A DNA stretch of 61,019 nucleotides, the filler included. It is 4 parts of 4 records of this genome, joined end to end, with 100 filler letters (N's around TTAATTAATTAA, not from the genome) between each part and the next. Parts side by side here need not be neighbours in the genome. Positions count along the whole stretch, not along the records: positions 16,903 to 37,688 come from SRR20825006_972; positions 37,789 to 61,019 come from SRR20825006_978; 2 more parts are not named here. One strand, given 5' to 3'. Shown here piece by piece: positions 28,236 through 40,438 of the stretch. The notes below the pieces were generated by a model, which ran no database searches, was not told the origin of the DNA, and worked only from the letters and a program-made list of their open reading frames with translations. Position numbers and translations under genes: made by a program. Positions within the stretch are counted from its first letter, which is position 1; every line of letters starts with the position of its first letter.

Positions 28236-29584
28236 TAATTGGCTTGTTTTTTAGCTTGGGTAGCTCTATTTAAAAACTCTGTAGCTTTTGCATTATTGCC
28301 CATACCTTTATATGCCTCGCTCATTTGGGTGAACATATCTGCTTGCATTTGAGCATCTTCAATAATATAATCTATGCCAAATTCTAAACTTTCTAAGGCT
28401 TTATTAAAATTGGATGTGTTGTTATAGGCCACACCTTGTAACAAATAGAGTAGTGGTTGTGAAGGGTATACCTCTAATGCTTTTGATGTGGTAGTAATAG
28501 CTTCTTTAAATTGAAGTGCATCAATTTGTAATAAAGCTAGGTTTTTTAATACTACATAGTCTGTAGGATAGTCGTTAAGCGCCTCAAAAAAATATGCTAA
28601 CGCTTTAGGCTTATCTTTCTGCTCTAAATAAAACAAACCTAATTCTTTAGGGTCTTTATCATTGTCTTCATCACTCAATACAGATTCTAATTCATTTGAA
28701 ACCTCAGGGTTTTCAGTAGAATAGCGCATAAAGTCTTTAAGAACCTTTCCTTTTGTTTCCTTATCTACTTGATTGCTTTTTAAGACTATTTTCATAGATG
28801 CTATTGCATTTTCAACTTGGCCTTTTTCTAGATAACCTTTGTAAATTGCTAAATGTGCAGGTTCTGCATCTGGATGCGCTTTTAAAAGGCGCTGTGCAGT
28901 TGAAAAGGCTTTATCATTAGCTGACATCTCACTATAAACATATATAAGGTTGAGGTAATTTTGAATATTGCCAGGAGCTGCCTTTATCTGTTGCTCTAAT
29001 CTGTTAGCTTGTGCTTCTTTATTATTTGTTTGGTTGTAAATAACACGGCGTAAATTATCTCTGTAAATACTGGAACCTTGAGCATTGTCTATCTCATCTA
29101 ACTGCTCTATAGCCTTATCAAATTCTTTAGTACGTTGGTAAAGCTTAGCCAAGTCTTCCTTATAAATAATATTATAAGTAATAAGCTGTTTTACTGTTGT
29201 TACTGCAGCCTGGAAATCCTGTTTACTAAATTGTACATCATACAATTCTTTTAAGATGTCTTCATCATCTTTTCGATAAACCAACGCTTCTTTTAGGCTT
29301 TCTTCTGCAGCGTCATATTGTTTTAAGGCGTTATAGTTTTTCCCTAATTCAAAATGAATGACTGCATTTTTAGGCTCTTGTGCTAAACAACGTTGTAATG
29401 CTTGAATGGCACGATCATAATTTTCTATTCCCTTTTGCTTTAAAGCTTCAAAAAACTGCTCTTTAAATGTATTAGATACATTACCTAAATCATCTACATT
29501 TATATCTTGTTGGGCATCATCTTCCTGTGCCATCAACAGTGTTGAAGACAAAAAGAAAGTTAAAAAGATACAAATGAGTTTCAA
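28235..29584 (-). CDS. Exported tetratricopeptide-repeat protein
   Basis: Signal peptide and multiple TPR helical pairs. Confidence 0.85.
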   Translation of the reverse strand: MKLICIFLTFFLSSTLLMAQEDDAQQDINVDDLGNVSNTFKEQFFEALKQKGIENYDRAIQALQRCLAQEPKNAVIHFELGKNYNALKQYDAAEESLKEALVYRKDDEDILKELYDVQFSKQDFQAAVTTVKQLITYNIIYKEDLAKLYQRTKEFDKAIEQLDEIDNAQGSSIYRDNLRRVIYNQTNNKEAQANRLEQQIKAAPGNIQNYLNLIYVYSEMSANDKAFSTAQRLLKAHPDAEPAHLAIYKGYLEKGQVENAIASMKIVLKSNQVDKETKGKVLKDFMRYSTENPEVSNELESVLSDEDNDKDPKELGLFYLEQKDKPKALAYFFEALNDYPTDYVVLKNLALLQIDALQFKEAITTTSKALEVYPSQPLLYLLQGVAYNNTSNFNKALESLEFGIDYIIEDAQMQADMFTQMSEAYKGMGNNAKATEFLNRATQAKKQAN

Positions 29585-29616
29585 GCGTATAAAATTTATA
29601 ATTTTTAAATCAACTT

Positions 29617-30627
29617 TTATTCCAACTTAGAGTAATCTCCAATACTAATTTCGGTAAAATCGCCATTATATACAGCGTGACTACCAATCATAGCATTGTT
29701 AAGTTTAGCGTTCTTTATTACAGTATCGTGTTGTACTAAACTGTTTTTTATGGTAACATCTGTAAGTTTACAGTTATCTCCCAAAGAAACATTAGGACCA
29801 ACGGTAGTGTTTTCTAACACAACATTTTCACCTATATAGCAAGGCTCGATAATTTCAGAATTTGTTAAGGTAACAGTATCGCTAACTAAAGAATTGCCAT
29901 CTTCTTTTAGGAACTGTAGCATTCTAGAATTAGTATCGACAGTAACAGTTTTGTTACCACAATCCATCCATTCATCTATTTGACCGGTTTTAAATACATT
30001 TCCGCTAGTCATCATTCCTAAAATACCGTCATTTATTTGATACTCGCCACCACGAAGAATGTTGTTTTCGAGCACACTTTGTAAGTGTTCTTTTAAAACT
30101 TCAACCTTTTTAAAATAGTAAATACCAATTACAGCAAGATCTGAAACGTCTTCTTCTGGCTTTTCTACCAAGGCTGTAATTTCATTATTATTATTAAGCT
30201 GTACAACACCATATTGTGAAGGGTCTTCGACCTGCTTTACCCATATTACAGCATCTGCGCTAGGATCTAGTTTAAAGTCTGCTCTAAATAACGTATCTGC
30301 ATATGCTACTACTGCAGGACCATTTAAAGAATCTGCAGCACACATAATAGCGTGACCAGTTCCCATTGGTTTATCTTGATAATAAATAGTGCCTTTAGCA
30401 CCTAACTGTCCGGCAATCTCACGTAAATCTACTTCTACCTTTTCACCAAAATCTTCTCCAATAATAAATGCAATTTCATCAATTGGTTCATTTATAACTT
30501 TTGCAATATCTTCTACCAATCTGTGTACAATTGGTTTACCTGCAATAGGAATTAATGGTTTAGGTACTGTAAGTGTATGTGGGCGTAGTCTAGAACCTCG
30601 ACCTGCCATTGGAACAATAATTTTCAT
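29617..30627 (-). CDS. Sugar-phosphate nucleotidyltransferase with C-terminal left-handed beta-helix
   Basis: IVPMAGRGSRLRPHT..PKPL and WMDCG motifs; hexapeptide repeats. Confidence 0.9.
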   Translation of the reverse strand: MKIIVPMAGRGSRLRPHTLTVPKPLIPIAGKPIVHRLVEDIAKVINEPIDEIAFIIGEDFGEKVEVDLREIAGQLGAKGTIYYQDKPMGTGHAIMCAADSLNGPAVVAYADTLFRADFKLDPSADAVIWVKQVEDPSQYGVVQLNNNNEITALVEKPEEDVSDLAVIGIYYFKKVEVLKEHLQSVLENNILRGGEYQINDGILGMMTSGNVFKTGQIDEWMDCGNKTVTVDTNSRMLQFLKEDGNSLVSDTVTLTNSEIIEPCYIGENVVLENTTVGPNVSLGDNCKLTDVTIKNSLVQHDTVIKNAKLNNAMIGSHAVYNGDFTEISIGDYSKLE

Positions 30628-30682
30628 ATCTCTTGTCCTGTTTAGGACTAATTTTAGTTAGTTAATTTTTAAAATGTACGTG

Positions 30683-31117
30683 TTATTTTGTACCAGTACT
30701 ACCAAAGCCACCTTCACCTCTAGAGGTTTCAGATAGTGTAGTTACTTCGTGCCAATCAGCTCTTTCATGCTTGGCTATAACCAGTTGAGCTATGCGCTCA
30801 CCATCTTCTATTTTAAAGTTTTCGTTGCTCAAATTTACAAGAATCACTCCAATTTCACCTCTATAATCTGCATCTATTGTACCAGGCGCATTTAATACAG
30901 TAATTCCTTTTTTAGCTGCCAAGCCGCTACGTGGTCTAACCTGAGCTTCTATACCAATAGGAAGTTCAATAAACAATCCTGTTTTTATAATAGCACGCTC
31001 TAATGGTTTTAAGATTACCGATTCACTTAGGTGTGCTCTTAGGTCCATTCCTGCAGAAGCGATGGTTTCGTAATGAGGTAGTTTATGAGATGATTTATTA
31101 ATAATATTAATGGTCAT
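30683..31117 (-). CDS. dut: dUTP diphosphatase
   Basis: [22 protein letters not shown] and [10 protein letters not shown] motifs. Confidence 0.97.
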   Translation of the reverse strand: MTINIINKSSHKLPHYETIASAGMDLRAHLSESVILKPLERAIIKTGLFIELPIGIEAQVRPRSGLAAKKGITVLNAPGTIDADYRGEIGVILVNLSNENFKIEDGERIAQLVIAKHERADWHEVTTLSETSRGEGGFGSTGTK

Positions 31118-31185
31118 ATACTAGTTTGTTTGTTAGTCTTAATTGTAACTCAAAATATTGTCTTTTATTGAAAGAGATTCTGTAT

Positions 31186-32640
31186 CTATTTTAAAAATTG
31201 TTTAAGTTCCTTGCGTTCTGAAACATATAAAGCCCCAAAAAACACAGCTATTAATAACACTCCTATAATAAGGTTGCCTCTAAACAACAAGAACGAAAGT
31301 GCAGAAAACCCAAGAGCCAAAACAGTAAAAATCCCCAGTTTTTTTAAATTATAAGGTATAGGGTAGTGTTTTTTGCCAAAATACCAGGATAAAATCATCA
31401 TTGTGCCATATGCAGAAAGTGTAGCTATAGCAGATCCTTTATATCCTATAATGGGGATAAGCCAAAAGTTTAATGCTAATGTTACCAAAGCTCCAACTAC
31501 AGAAAAGTATGCACCAAATTTAGTGCGGTCTGTAATCTTATACCAAACAGAAAGATTAAAGTAAATACCCAAGCATAAATTTGCTAATAAGATATATGGT
31601 ACAACTGTCATAGCTTCCCAATAAGATTCGTCTCTTATGAAAAGTTCTTTGAGTACATCAATAAAAACGATAACAGATAGTAAAATACCTAAACCTATTA
31701 ACACAAAGTATTTAGTGATTAAAGCATAGGTTTCTTTTGAGTTTTTTTCTTTTGAATGACTGAAGAAAAAGGGTTCTATACCTAATCTAAATGCAGTTGC
31801 AAAAAGCGTTATAAACAAGGCTAACTTATAACACGCTGCATACGCTCCAATTTGAGACTCTGCAGTTTCTGATGGTAATAAGTAATCTAATAAAATTCTA
31901 TCAAAAGTTTCATTAACTGCGTACGCCAAGCCTGCTATCATAACTGGAAACCCAAATCGAAGCATTTTCTTTAATAGTGAAAAGTTTATTCTAAGTTTAA
32001 TTTTAAAGTAAAGAGGAACCAACATTAAAAGTGTTAGTAAGCTGGCAATTAAATTAGAAATAAAGATATATGAAATCTCTGCTCCAGAAAACCAAATACT
32101 ATTCCAAAACACTTCTTTAGAAGGGTTTATAAGATCTTTTAAAATAACTAGGAAGAAAACATTTAACCCCAAGTTTATAGCAACATTAACTATCTTTAAT
32201 ATGCTATAAAGCATAGATTTTCCTTTCGCTCTTAATATTGAGAAAGGGATGATTACCAAGGCGTCTAAAACTAAAATCCAGATCACGAAAGTGATATACT
32301 TAACATCAATATTTATTAAAGATGCTAAGTGAGATTTTAGGTACAGTGCTAAGCCTAAAAAAATTAAGGAGCTAATTGCAATAGAGAGTGCAGATGTGCC
32401 TTTTACACTGCTTTTAGTCTTATCATCGTGATAAAACCTAAAGAAAGCAGTTTCCATACCGTAGGCTAGGATAACATTAAAAACAACTATCCAAGCAAAT
32501 ATTATTGAAACTTTACCGTATTCCTGAGTAGGCAGCAAGTCTGTATAAAGTGGCAATAAAACAAAACTCATCATTCTAGGTATGACCGTAGCTAGGCCAT
32601 AAATAACGGTTTGCTTAAATAAGTTTTTTAGAACACTCAA
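31186..32640 (-). CDS. Polysaccharide flippase (Wzx/MOP family)
   Basis: About 13 TMs; YGLAT..PR, YGMETAFFRF and FRLGIEPFFF motifs. Confidence 0.85.
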   Translation of the reverse strand: MSVLKNLFKQTVIYGLATVIPRMMSFVLLPLYTDLLPTQEYGKVSIIFAWIVVFNVILAYGMETAFFRFYHDDKTKSSVKGTSALSIAISSLIFLGLALYLKSHLASLINIDVKYITFVIWILVLDALVIIPFSILRAKGKSMLYSILKIVNVAINLGLNVFFLVILKDLINPSKEVFWNSIWFSGAEISYIFISNLIASLLTLLMLVPLYFKIKLRINFSLLKKMLRFGFPVMIAGLAYAVNETFDRILLDYLLPSETAESQIGAYAACYKLALFITLFATAFRLGIEPFFFSHSKEKNSKETYALITKYFVLIGLGILLSVIVFIDVLKELFIRDESYWEAMTVVPYILLANLCLGIYFNLSVWYKITDRTKFGAYFSVVGALVTLALNFWLIPIIGYKGSAIATLSAYGTMMILSWYFGKKHYPIPYNLKKLGIFTVLALGFSALSFLLFRGNLIIGVLLIAVFFGALYVSERKELKQFLK

Positions 32641-32681
32641 TCGTATTGATTTAAAGTGTAAAAGTAGGAAACTTTATAGGA

Positions 32682-34358
32682 TTAGATGCCTTTAGGAATA
32701 GCTGCTATTAAACGTTTGGTGTAATGCGTTTTTGGGTTTTCATAAATATGGTCTGGATCACCTTGCTCTTCAATCTGTCCTTTATTCATGACAATAAGCT
32801 CATCTGCCATATACTTAACAACAGACAAATCATGAGAAATAAAGATATAGGTAAATCCAAAATCTTCTTTTAACTCATTTAATAAATTAAGCACTTGCGC
32901 TTGCACAGAGATGTCTAGGGCAGACACAGATTCATCACACACAATCAGTTTTGGTTGTAATGCAATTGTTCTAGCTATACCAATACGTTGGCGTTGGCCG
33001 CCACTAAACTCGTGAGGATACCTATAATAGTGTGAAGCGTCTAAGCCTACGCGTTTTAAAATCGAAATTACTTTTTCTTTACGCTCGTCATCGTTTTTGT
33101 ATAATTTATGAACTTTCATAGGCTCTTCAATTGCTTTACCAACAGTAATCCTTGGGTTTAATGAAGAAAATGGGTCCTGAAAAATTAACTGAATATCTTT
33201 ACGTAAAACCCTTAAAGCTTTGCTTTTTAATTTAGTAATATCTTCTCCCTTATAAAATACTTTACCCTTTGTAGCCTTGTGAAGTTGTAGAATAACATTT
33301 CCAAGTGTAGATTTTCCGCATCCACTTTCACCAACCAACCCTAAGGTCTCACCTTCATAAACCTTAAAGCTTACATTATTAACAGCTTTTACAATGGTTG
33401 CTTTATTAAATAATCCGGCATTGCTGTAAAACTCTTTATCTATATTAACTACTTCCAACAATGGTTTTTGCTCAAAGAGTTGTTTCCTAAATAAACGTTT
33501 TTCATTGTCACTTATCGTATCTGTTGGTACAGTATTGTTCATAAAGTCACTAACGGTAGGTAGTCTTTTTAAATGAATTTTAGTATTAGGTTTAGATGCA
33601 ATTAATGCTTTGGTATAAAGTTGCTTAGGTTGCAAAAATATGTCTTCTGTTTTGCCTTCTTCAACAATATTACCTTTGTGCATAACAATAACACGTTGAG
33701 CAATTTCTGAAACCAAAGCCAAGTCATGAGATATAAATATAATACTCATTTTAGTATCTTTCTGAAGCGCCTTTAAAAGCTGAATTATTTCTTTCTGTAC
33801 AGTTACATCTAATGCTGTTGTTGGTTCGTCTGCAATAAGAATCTTTGGTTTACAGGCAATAGCCATGGCAATCATTACACGTTGCATTTGGCCTCCACTT
33901 ATTTGATGAGGATAGCTTTTAAAAATATCTTTTGGCCTAGGCAACTTAACCTTTTCAAATAACTGAAGCGTTTCAACCTTAGCTTTAGCAGGTGTTATGT
34001 CTTTATGTTGCAATATAATTTCAAGTACCTGTGCTCCGCAAGTCATAGAAGGGTTTAAAGCACTCATAGGTTCTTGAAAAATCATAGCAATCTCTTTGCC
34101 TCTTAACATTGTCATTTGGACGTTAGAATATTCTAGTAGAGAAGTTCCTTCAAATATGATATTGCCAGAAGTTATTTTAGAGATTTTCTTAGGCAAAAGA
34201 CCAGATATAGCGAGAGTAGACACAGATTTCCCAGAACCAGATTCACCAACAACGCCAAGTATTTCGTTAGGTTTAAGGTTAAATGAAATATTGTTAACAA
34301 CCGGAATAAAGTCGTCTTGCGATTTAAAAGCAATGGTTAGGTTCTGTACAGTTAACAT
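32682..34358 (-). CDS. Dual-domain ABC ATP-binding protein (dipeptide/oligopeptide type)
   Basis: Two GESG.GKS Walker A motifs, YPHQISGGQ/YPHEFSGGQ, DEPTTALD. ATG 34358 follows TACTTTTG. Confidence 0.92.
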   Translation of the reverse strand: MLTVQNLTIAFKSQDDFIPVVNNISFNLKPNEILGVVGESGSGKSVSTLAISGLLPKKISKITSGNIIFEGTSLLEYSNVQMTMLRGKEIAMIFQEPMSALNPSMTCGAQVLEIILQHKDITPAKAKVETLQLFEKVKLPRPKDIFKSYPHQISGGQMQRVMIAMAIACKPKILIADEPTTALDVTVQKEIIQLLKALQKDTKMSIIFISHDLALVSEIAQRVIVMHKGNIVEEGKTEDIFLQPKQLYTKALIASKPNTKIHLKRLPTVSDFMNNTVPTDTISDNEKRLFRKQLFEQKPLLEVVNIDKEFYSNAGLFNKATIVKAVNNVSFKVYEGETLGLVGESGCGKSTLGNVILQLHKATKGKVFYKGEDITKLKSKALRVLRKDIQLIFQDPFSSLNPRITVGKAIEEPMKVHKLYKNDDERKEKVISILKRVGLDASHYYRYPHEFSGGQRQRIGIARTIALQPKLIVCDESVSALDISVQAQVLNLLNELKEDFGFTYIFISHDLSVVKYMADELIVMNKGQIEEQGDPDHIYENPKTHYTKRLIAAIPKGI

Positions 34359-34589
34359 ATCTTCAAAAGTAATCATCTTTTAACAATTAATAGGGTTAAA
34401 GCCGTGGCTTTCAAACTATGGTTAAACCATAATTTTAACAAAAAGAACACTATAATTGTTAACTAAAAGTTAATTTATTGTGCGCTTCATCGATTATAAC
34501 ATAGTGTTTAAATAAAATTCATTTACTTCGGTTGCTTTTTGTGAATTCAGGAAGTATTTACACAATTCATTAACTAAACCCTTTATTTT

Positions 34590-37500
34590 ATGAGAAATTT
34601 TTATGGAAGTGTATTTTTCGCTCTTTTATTCTGTGCTCCAATGCTACAAGCACAAACAGATCGAAGAGACGAAAAACGCAATGTAAAGCAACCGCCTAAA
34701 CTAATTGTTTTAGACGATACTCAAAGAAAATCATCTAGCCCTCAAGATGTACTAGGACAAGTTTATAACCTAGGCCAAAACAATCAACTTACTCCTCGAA
34801 AGCAATCTACAGACAATCTCGGATTTTCACAGCAAGAATTTCAACAACGCCATCAAGGCATTCCTGTTGAGTTTGCAATTTCAAAACTACATTCTAAACA
34901 AGGTATCCCACAAGCAGTAAGTGGTGAGTATTATCCTATAAAAGATTTAGATGTTACAACAACATTAACTAACCAACAAGCATTAATGCGCGCTGTTAAC
35001 CACATAGGTGCGCAACATTATTTATGGGAATATCCAGATGCAGCTGCAGAAATGGATGGTTACCAAAAACCTACAGGTGACCTAGTAATTTTACCAATGT
35101 ATAATGGTGATGAAATTTCTACTTACAAGTTAGCCTACAAATTTGATATTTATGCAACGTATCCAATTAGTCGTGGAGATATTTATATAGATGCTAAAAA
35201 TGGAGACGCATTATTTTACAATGCAACTATTAAACACGCAAACTCTTTTGGTCACGTAGGTGAGCCAATGGTAACTGTATCTCAATTTGAAGATGATACA
35301 ACGTATGATAATTATACAAGCATAGCTATGATGGCTAGTGGTACTGCTGCTACACGTTATAGTGGTTCTCGTACTATTGAAACTCAACTTGCTGGTGGTA
35401 GCTATAGGTTAGCAGATACTGGTAGAGATGTTTATACTCGTGATGCTAAAAATCAGGCGCCAGGAGGTACGTATCCTTATATAAATAATTATGATGAGTT
35501 TACAGACAATGATAATAATTGGACAACTGCAGAGCATAGCGCAAATAAAGATAATGCGGCTTTAGATGCTCATTGGGGTGCAATGGAAACGTATGATTAC
35601 TGGCAACAAGTTCACGGTCGTGATAGTTACAACGGTAGTGGTGCACAAATTAGAAGTTATGTTCACGTAGATAACAATTATGATAACGCATTCTGGAATG
35701 GTTCTGTAATGTCTTACGGTGATGGTTCTTCGAATGGTAATGAAGGAAATGGATTTTTTGATGCATTAACAAGTATAGATGTTGCATCTCATGAAATAGG
35801 ACATGCTGTAACAACGTTTACTGCAAATCTTGCATATCAAAGAGAATCTGGTGGTCTTAATGAAGGCTTCTCAGATATTTGGGGTGCAGCAGTAGAGCAT
35901 TTTGCAAAAGGAAATGGAAGTGATACTAACCCAACTGATGAAGTTTGGTTAATAGGAGATGAAATTGATAGACGAAGCGGCTCAGCGGCTCTACGCTCTA
36001 TGAGTAATCCAACATCATTAGGACAACCAGATACTTATGGAGGTCAATTCTGGCAAAACCCTAATTGTGGAACACCAACGCAATCTAATGACTATTGTGG
36101 AGTACATACAAACTCTGGTGTATTAAACTACTGGTTTTACTTATTAGTTGAAGGTGGCAATGGTACAAATGACGTTGGCGATGTGTTTTCAGTAAGTGGA
36201 ATTGGTATGGATAAATCTGCTAAAATTGCTTACAGAACATTAAATAACTATTTATCTGCAAACTCTACGTTTGCAAATGCAAGAGCTGGCGCAATACAAG
36301 CGGCTAAAGATCTTTATGGAGCTGGTGGCGCAGAAGAGCAGGCAGTTACAAATGCTTGGCATGCCGTTAATGTAGGTGATGCTTTTGGTGGAGGAAATGG
36401 TGGCTCTAACTATTGTGCCTCTAATGGTAACAGTGTTGCAGATGAGTATATCTCTAGAGTACAATTGGCAGATATTAATAATACTTCTGGTGCCGGAAGC
36501 GGTGGATACCAAAATCATACAGCTGTGGAAACAGACTTGGCAAAAGGTGATGCGTATACAATTACAATTACACCTACCTGGACAGGAACTGTATATTCTG
36601 AGGGCTATGCCGTTTGGATAGATTATAACCAAGATGGTGATTTTTCTGATTCTGGAGAATTAGTTACAAGTGTTGCAGCTACACAAAATACACCTGTAAG
36701 TGGTAGCTTTACAGTCCCAACCAATGCTTCAGATGGAGCTACTCGTATGAGAGTTTCTATGAAATATAACGGTGTGCCTAGCGCTTGTGAATCATTTAGC
36801 TATGGTGAAGTAGAAGATTATACAGTTAATATTGGAAGCTCTGCTGCAGATACTCAAGCACCAAGTGTGCCAACAAATTTATCTGCTTCTAACATCACAG
36901 AAACTACAGTAGATTTATCTTGGAATGCTTCAAACGATAATGTTGGAGTAACAGGATATGATGTTTATCAAGGAACTACTTTATTAGGAACTACAGCTAA
37001 TACATCTGCTCAAATTACCGGATTATCTTCTGGAACTAATTATACATTTAACGTTCGCGCAAAAGACGACGCAGGAAATGTATCTGGAGCTAGTAATACA
37101 GTATCTGTAACTACAGACTCACCAGCATCTGGTGGTGGTTGTGTAAATGGTATCTCTTCATTCCCTTATTCAGAAGGTTATGAAAGTAATTTAGGAGCTT
37201 GGACGCAATCTACTTCAGACGATATAAACTGGACTAGAGACGCTAGTGGTACACCATCTAGCAATACAGGACCATCAAGTGCGGTTGAAGGTAGTTTCTA
37301 CGTTTTTGTTGAAGCTTCTGGAAACGGTACAGGCTATCCTAACAAACAAGCAATTTTAAATTCACCTTGTATAGATTTATCTGCTACAGCACAACCAAAC
37401 TTTACATTTAAGTATCATATGTATGGTGCATCAGATATGGGAAGTTTAAAAGTAGATGTTAGCGATAATGATGGAGCAACTTGGACAACGTTATTCTCCG

Positions 37501-37688
37501 AAACAGGAAATAAAGGAAATGCTTGGCAATCTGCAACTGTAGATCTTTCAGCTTATAATGGATCATCTATTAGACTAAGATTTAATAGAACTACAGGCTC
37601 TACGTGGCAAGCAGATATCGCTATTGATGATGTGAGAGTTATAGATGGTACAGCAGACATTTGCGCAGGTGTTGCACCTTATAGCAGT
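34590..37688 (+). CDS. M4 (thermolysin-like) metallopeptidase with GEVED, FN3 and MAM domains; truncated at the contig end
   Basis: NAFWNG, HEIGH, GLNEGFSD, VHTNSG; WIDYNQDGDF..GEVEDY; DTQAPSVPTNL (FN3); F.YHMYG..IAIDDV (MAM). Confidence 0.92.
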
Positions 37689-37788
37689 NNNNNNNNNNNN
37701 NNNNNNNNNNNNNNNNNNNNNNNNNNNNNNNNTTAATTAATTAANNNNNNNNNNNNNNNNNNNNNNNNNNNNNNNNNNNNNNNNNNNN
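37689..37788. other. Artificial contig linker at the Flavobacteriaceae/alphaproteobacterial boundary
   Basis: N-run, TTAATTAATTAA, N-run; abrupt GC shift. Confidence 0.98.
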
Positions 37789-38307
37789 GAACAGGTTCTG
37801 GTTCGGGATGATGATCAGCGTGTCAACGTGCTGCGCAAGCTCCTGAATACCCGCGTCCGCAATTTTCATGCGGCGCCCGCCTTCAAACTGGAACGGCTTG
37901 GTAACAACACCGACCGTCAAGATGCCCTTTTCACGCGCCCGGCGTGCAATCACCGGCGCTGCCCCTGTGCCGGTTCCGCCGCCCATGCCTGCGGTAATGA
38001 ACGCCATATGGCAACCACCAAGCATGCTGTCGATGATATCCACAGCTTCTTCCGCCGCGGCTTCACCAATTTTCGGCTGCGCCCCAGCACCCAAACCCTG
38101 GGTGATCTGCACACCAAGCTGGATGCGATTGTCGGCTGATGCGTTTGCAAGCGCCTGCGCATCTGTGTTCGCGACTATAAAGTCAACGCCCTGCAGCTGT
38201 GCTTCGATCATGTTGTTGACCGCGTTACAGCCCGCACCACCAACACCGATAACTGCAATCTTTGGTGTCAGCTCGGTCAGTTCCGTATTTCCAAAATCAA
38301 TAGACAT
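37789..38307 (-). CDS. ftsZ: Cell division protein FtsZ, 3'-truncated
   Basis: [31 protein letters not shown] and IPNQNL motifs. Confidence 0.97.
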
Positions 38308-38374
38308 TGCCCAGTACCTCCGTTTGATCCTTGTATCCTGCCCCGCACGCCAAAACCAGCTGCAGGTCCGCCCG

Positions 38375-39640
38375 TTAAAAATTGTCCCTGACCCAACGCG
38401 ACAAGCGGCTGAGTGCGCTTGCCGGAGGTGGGGTACGTTTTTTGTTACCTTTAGTGTTTACTGTGTCTTCTACTGGCCGCTTCGCGGCGTAAATAAGCAA
38501 ACCTACAGCTGCAGCAAATGTCGGAGCCTGTGCTGCTTGCGGTAAGCCATGTACTAACTCGGGGCGCCCGATACGTACCTGACGTCCCATAATTTTACTT
38601 GCGAGGTCACGAATGCCTTCAGCTTGCGCAACCCCTCCTGTCAGCACCACACGGCGACCGGCAACACCTGCAAACCCGCAGGCCTCGAACCGGTCCGAAA
38701 TCGTACCAAACAGTAACTCCAATTCTTTCTGAATAACGCTGGTGAGAGCGCTTCTTGGCATGCGGATAACCGCATCATCCCGGTCTTCACCTACCTGAGG
38801 CACTTCAATCTCAAGCCGCTCATCAGCTGTATCCACCACCGCCGCACCATTAAAGGTTTTCAAGCGCTCCGCATGCTCAAATGGGGTTAAGAGGTTTCGC
38901 GCCACCTGCTCGGTGATCTGTCCGCCGCCGAAAGGAAGGATTTCCGCGTGTACAAGTGCCCCTTGCGCAAAAACCGCGATGGAGGTCGTGCCCGCGCCAA
39001 TATCGATGCAGGCTGCACCCATTTTGGCTTCATCTTCAACTAGTGTCGAAAGCCCTGAGGCAAATGGTGTCACCACAGCGCCTGCCACATTGAGGTGCGC
39101 ACGGCGCACGCAGGCCTGTAGGTTCTGGAGCGGCCCTGCTGATACGGTCACTACATGCAGCGCTACACTCAGTTTCTTGCCGTACATGCCGATGGGAGCT
39201 TTGACACCAAAGTTGCCGTCCACCGCGTAGGCTGCTGGAAACGCATGCAGAAGGCCATCTTCCGCGAAATCCACCTGATCCTTGGCAAGAGCCACGGCCT
39301 TGTCGAGATCGGCCTGGCTCACAGCGTGGCCAGCAATATCTACATTTACTTCCACGACCCGGCTCTTGGGCTCACCGCCCGAGAAGGTAAGGTAAACATC
39401 AGAGACAGTTGCGCCTGCCATTTTTTCGGCCTGATCGACCGAGGCGCGGATCGCCTTTTCCGTCGCCTCCATATCAACGATGGCGCCAGACGAAACACCA
39501 CCTTCGTTGGCGCGATTACCGACACCACGAACATGGATATGCCCTGCACCATCAAATTCAGCGATCAGACAAGCCACCTTTGCTGAACCAACGTCCAGCG
39601 CTGCGATAAGTCCTTCAGGTGTGCCATTGATCGTTTTCAT
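38375..39640 (-). CDS. ftsA: Cell division protein FtsA
   Basis: [17 protein letters not shown] and VVLTGG motifs; amphipathic C-terminal helix. Confidence 0.95.
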   Translation of the reverse strand: MKTINGTPEGLIAALDVGSAKVACLIAEFDGAGHIHVRGVGNRANEGGVSSGAIVDMEATEKAIRASVDQAEKMAGATVSDVYLTFSGGEPKSRVVEVNVDIAGHAVSQADLDKAVALAKDQVDFAEDGLLHAFPAAYAVDGNFGVKAPIGMYGKKLSVALHVVTVSAGPLQNLQACVRRAHLNVAGAVVTPFASGLSTLVEDEAKMGAACIDIGAGTTSIAVFAQGALVHAEILPFGGGQITEQVARNLLTPFEHAERLKTFNGAAVVDTADERLEIEVPQVGEDRDDAVIRMPRSALTSVIQKELELLFGTISDRFEACGFAGVAGRRVVLTGGVAQAEGIRDLASKIMGRQVRIGRPELVHGLPQAAQAPTFAAAVGLLIYAAKRPVEDTVNTKGNKKRTPPPASALSRLSRWVRDNF

Positions 39641-39658
39641 GTTTTGCTACTCAATACT

Positions 39659-40438
39659 TCATGTTGCCCAGCCGGTGCCGTCCATAATACGGCGACCTTC
39701 TGGCGAAACCCTAAGAACCATGCGGTCTGGCAGGCGCATATCAATGACACTCACCTCCCGTTCAAGCAAGCGATACTCACCCTGCAAAGTGGCAAATTTT
39801 TGCCATGCTGCTTGAGCGTCATATTGAGCGGGCGCGCCCTCAGGTAATTTGACCCGCACTCCATTGTCAAAAATAAGGTCCCAGCGTCTCTCGCTTACAA
39901 ATACTGCTGTTTTAATCCGCGCAGAAAGCGCTGGTGCATTATCAAGCATACCATGCAAATCACCGGCTTTTTGGTCTGCCCCTTGGCCAACCACCATAAT
40001 AAGATGCGCGAAGTCAGAAAGCCCACGCTTGGTAATCACATGACCTGTTTCATCAATCAACCGAACGGTGCCATCCTGCTGCCAAAGCGCAAAAGGCTCA
40101 CGCTCGGTGATATTGATTTTTAGCTTACCCGGCAGTATCCGGCTTACCTCAGCCTTTTTGACCCACGGCAGCATTTCAAGCTGTGCGCGAATGCGCTCCA
40201 GATCAATCGAGAGCAGAGGCACACCACTGTCCACATCAAGCGCCGCAAGCACTTCTGCCCTGCTTGCACGTACCACACCGTCAAGCTCAAGGTCATTGAG
40301 CACAAATCCCGCATCGCGCGTGCGCTCAACCACCCACGCTTCAATTTTCGGGGCCAGCAGGGTTCCGTAAATGCTGGCCGCTGTCAGCAGTCCTAGACTC
40401 AAAAGCAATATTCTGTACTGGCGAAGGGTTTGCAGCAT
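39659..40438 (-). CDS. ftsQ: Cell division protein FtsQ
   Basis: TM helix, POTRA (LPWVKKAEVSRILP), ERRWDL and IDMRLPDR motifs. Confidence 0.92.
   Translation of the reverse strand: MLQTLRQYRILLLSLGLLTAASIYGTLLAPKIEAWVVERTRDAGFVLNDLELDGVVRASRAEVLAALDVDSGVPLLSIDLERIRAQLEMLPWVKKAEVSRILPGKLKINITEREPFALWQQDGTVRLIDETGHVITKRGLSDFAHLIMVVGQGADQKAGDLHGMLDNAPALSARIKTAVFVSERRWDLIFDNGVRVKLPEGAPAQYDAQAAWQKFATLQGEYRLLEREVSVIDMRLPDRMVLRVSPEGRRIMDGTGWAT

Noticed and set aside
37689-37788. Sharp GC and taxonomic shift suggesting a large horizontal transfer
   Set aside because: It coincides with an artificial linker and both flanking genes are truncated. These are separate contigs, so adjacency across any of the three linkers carries no information.
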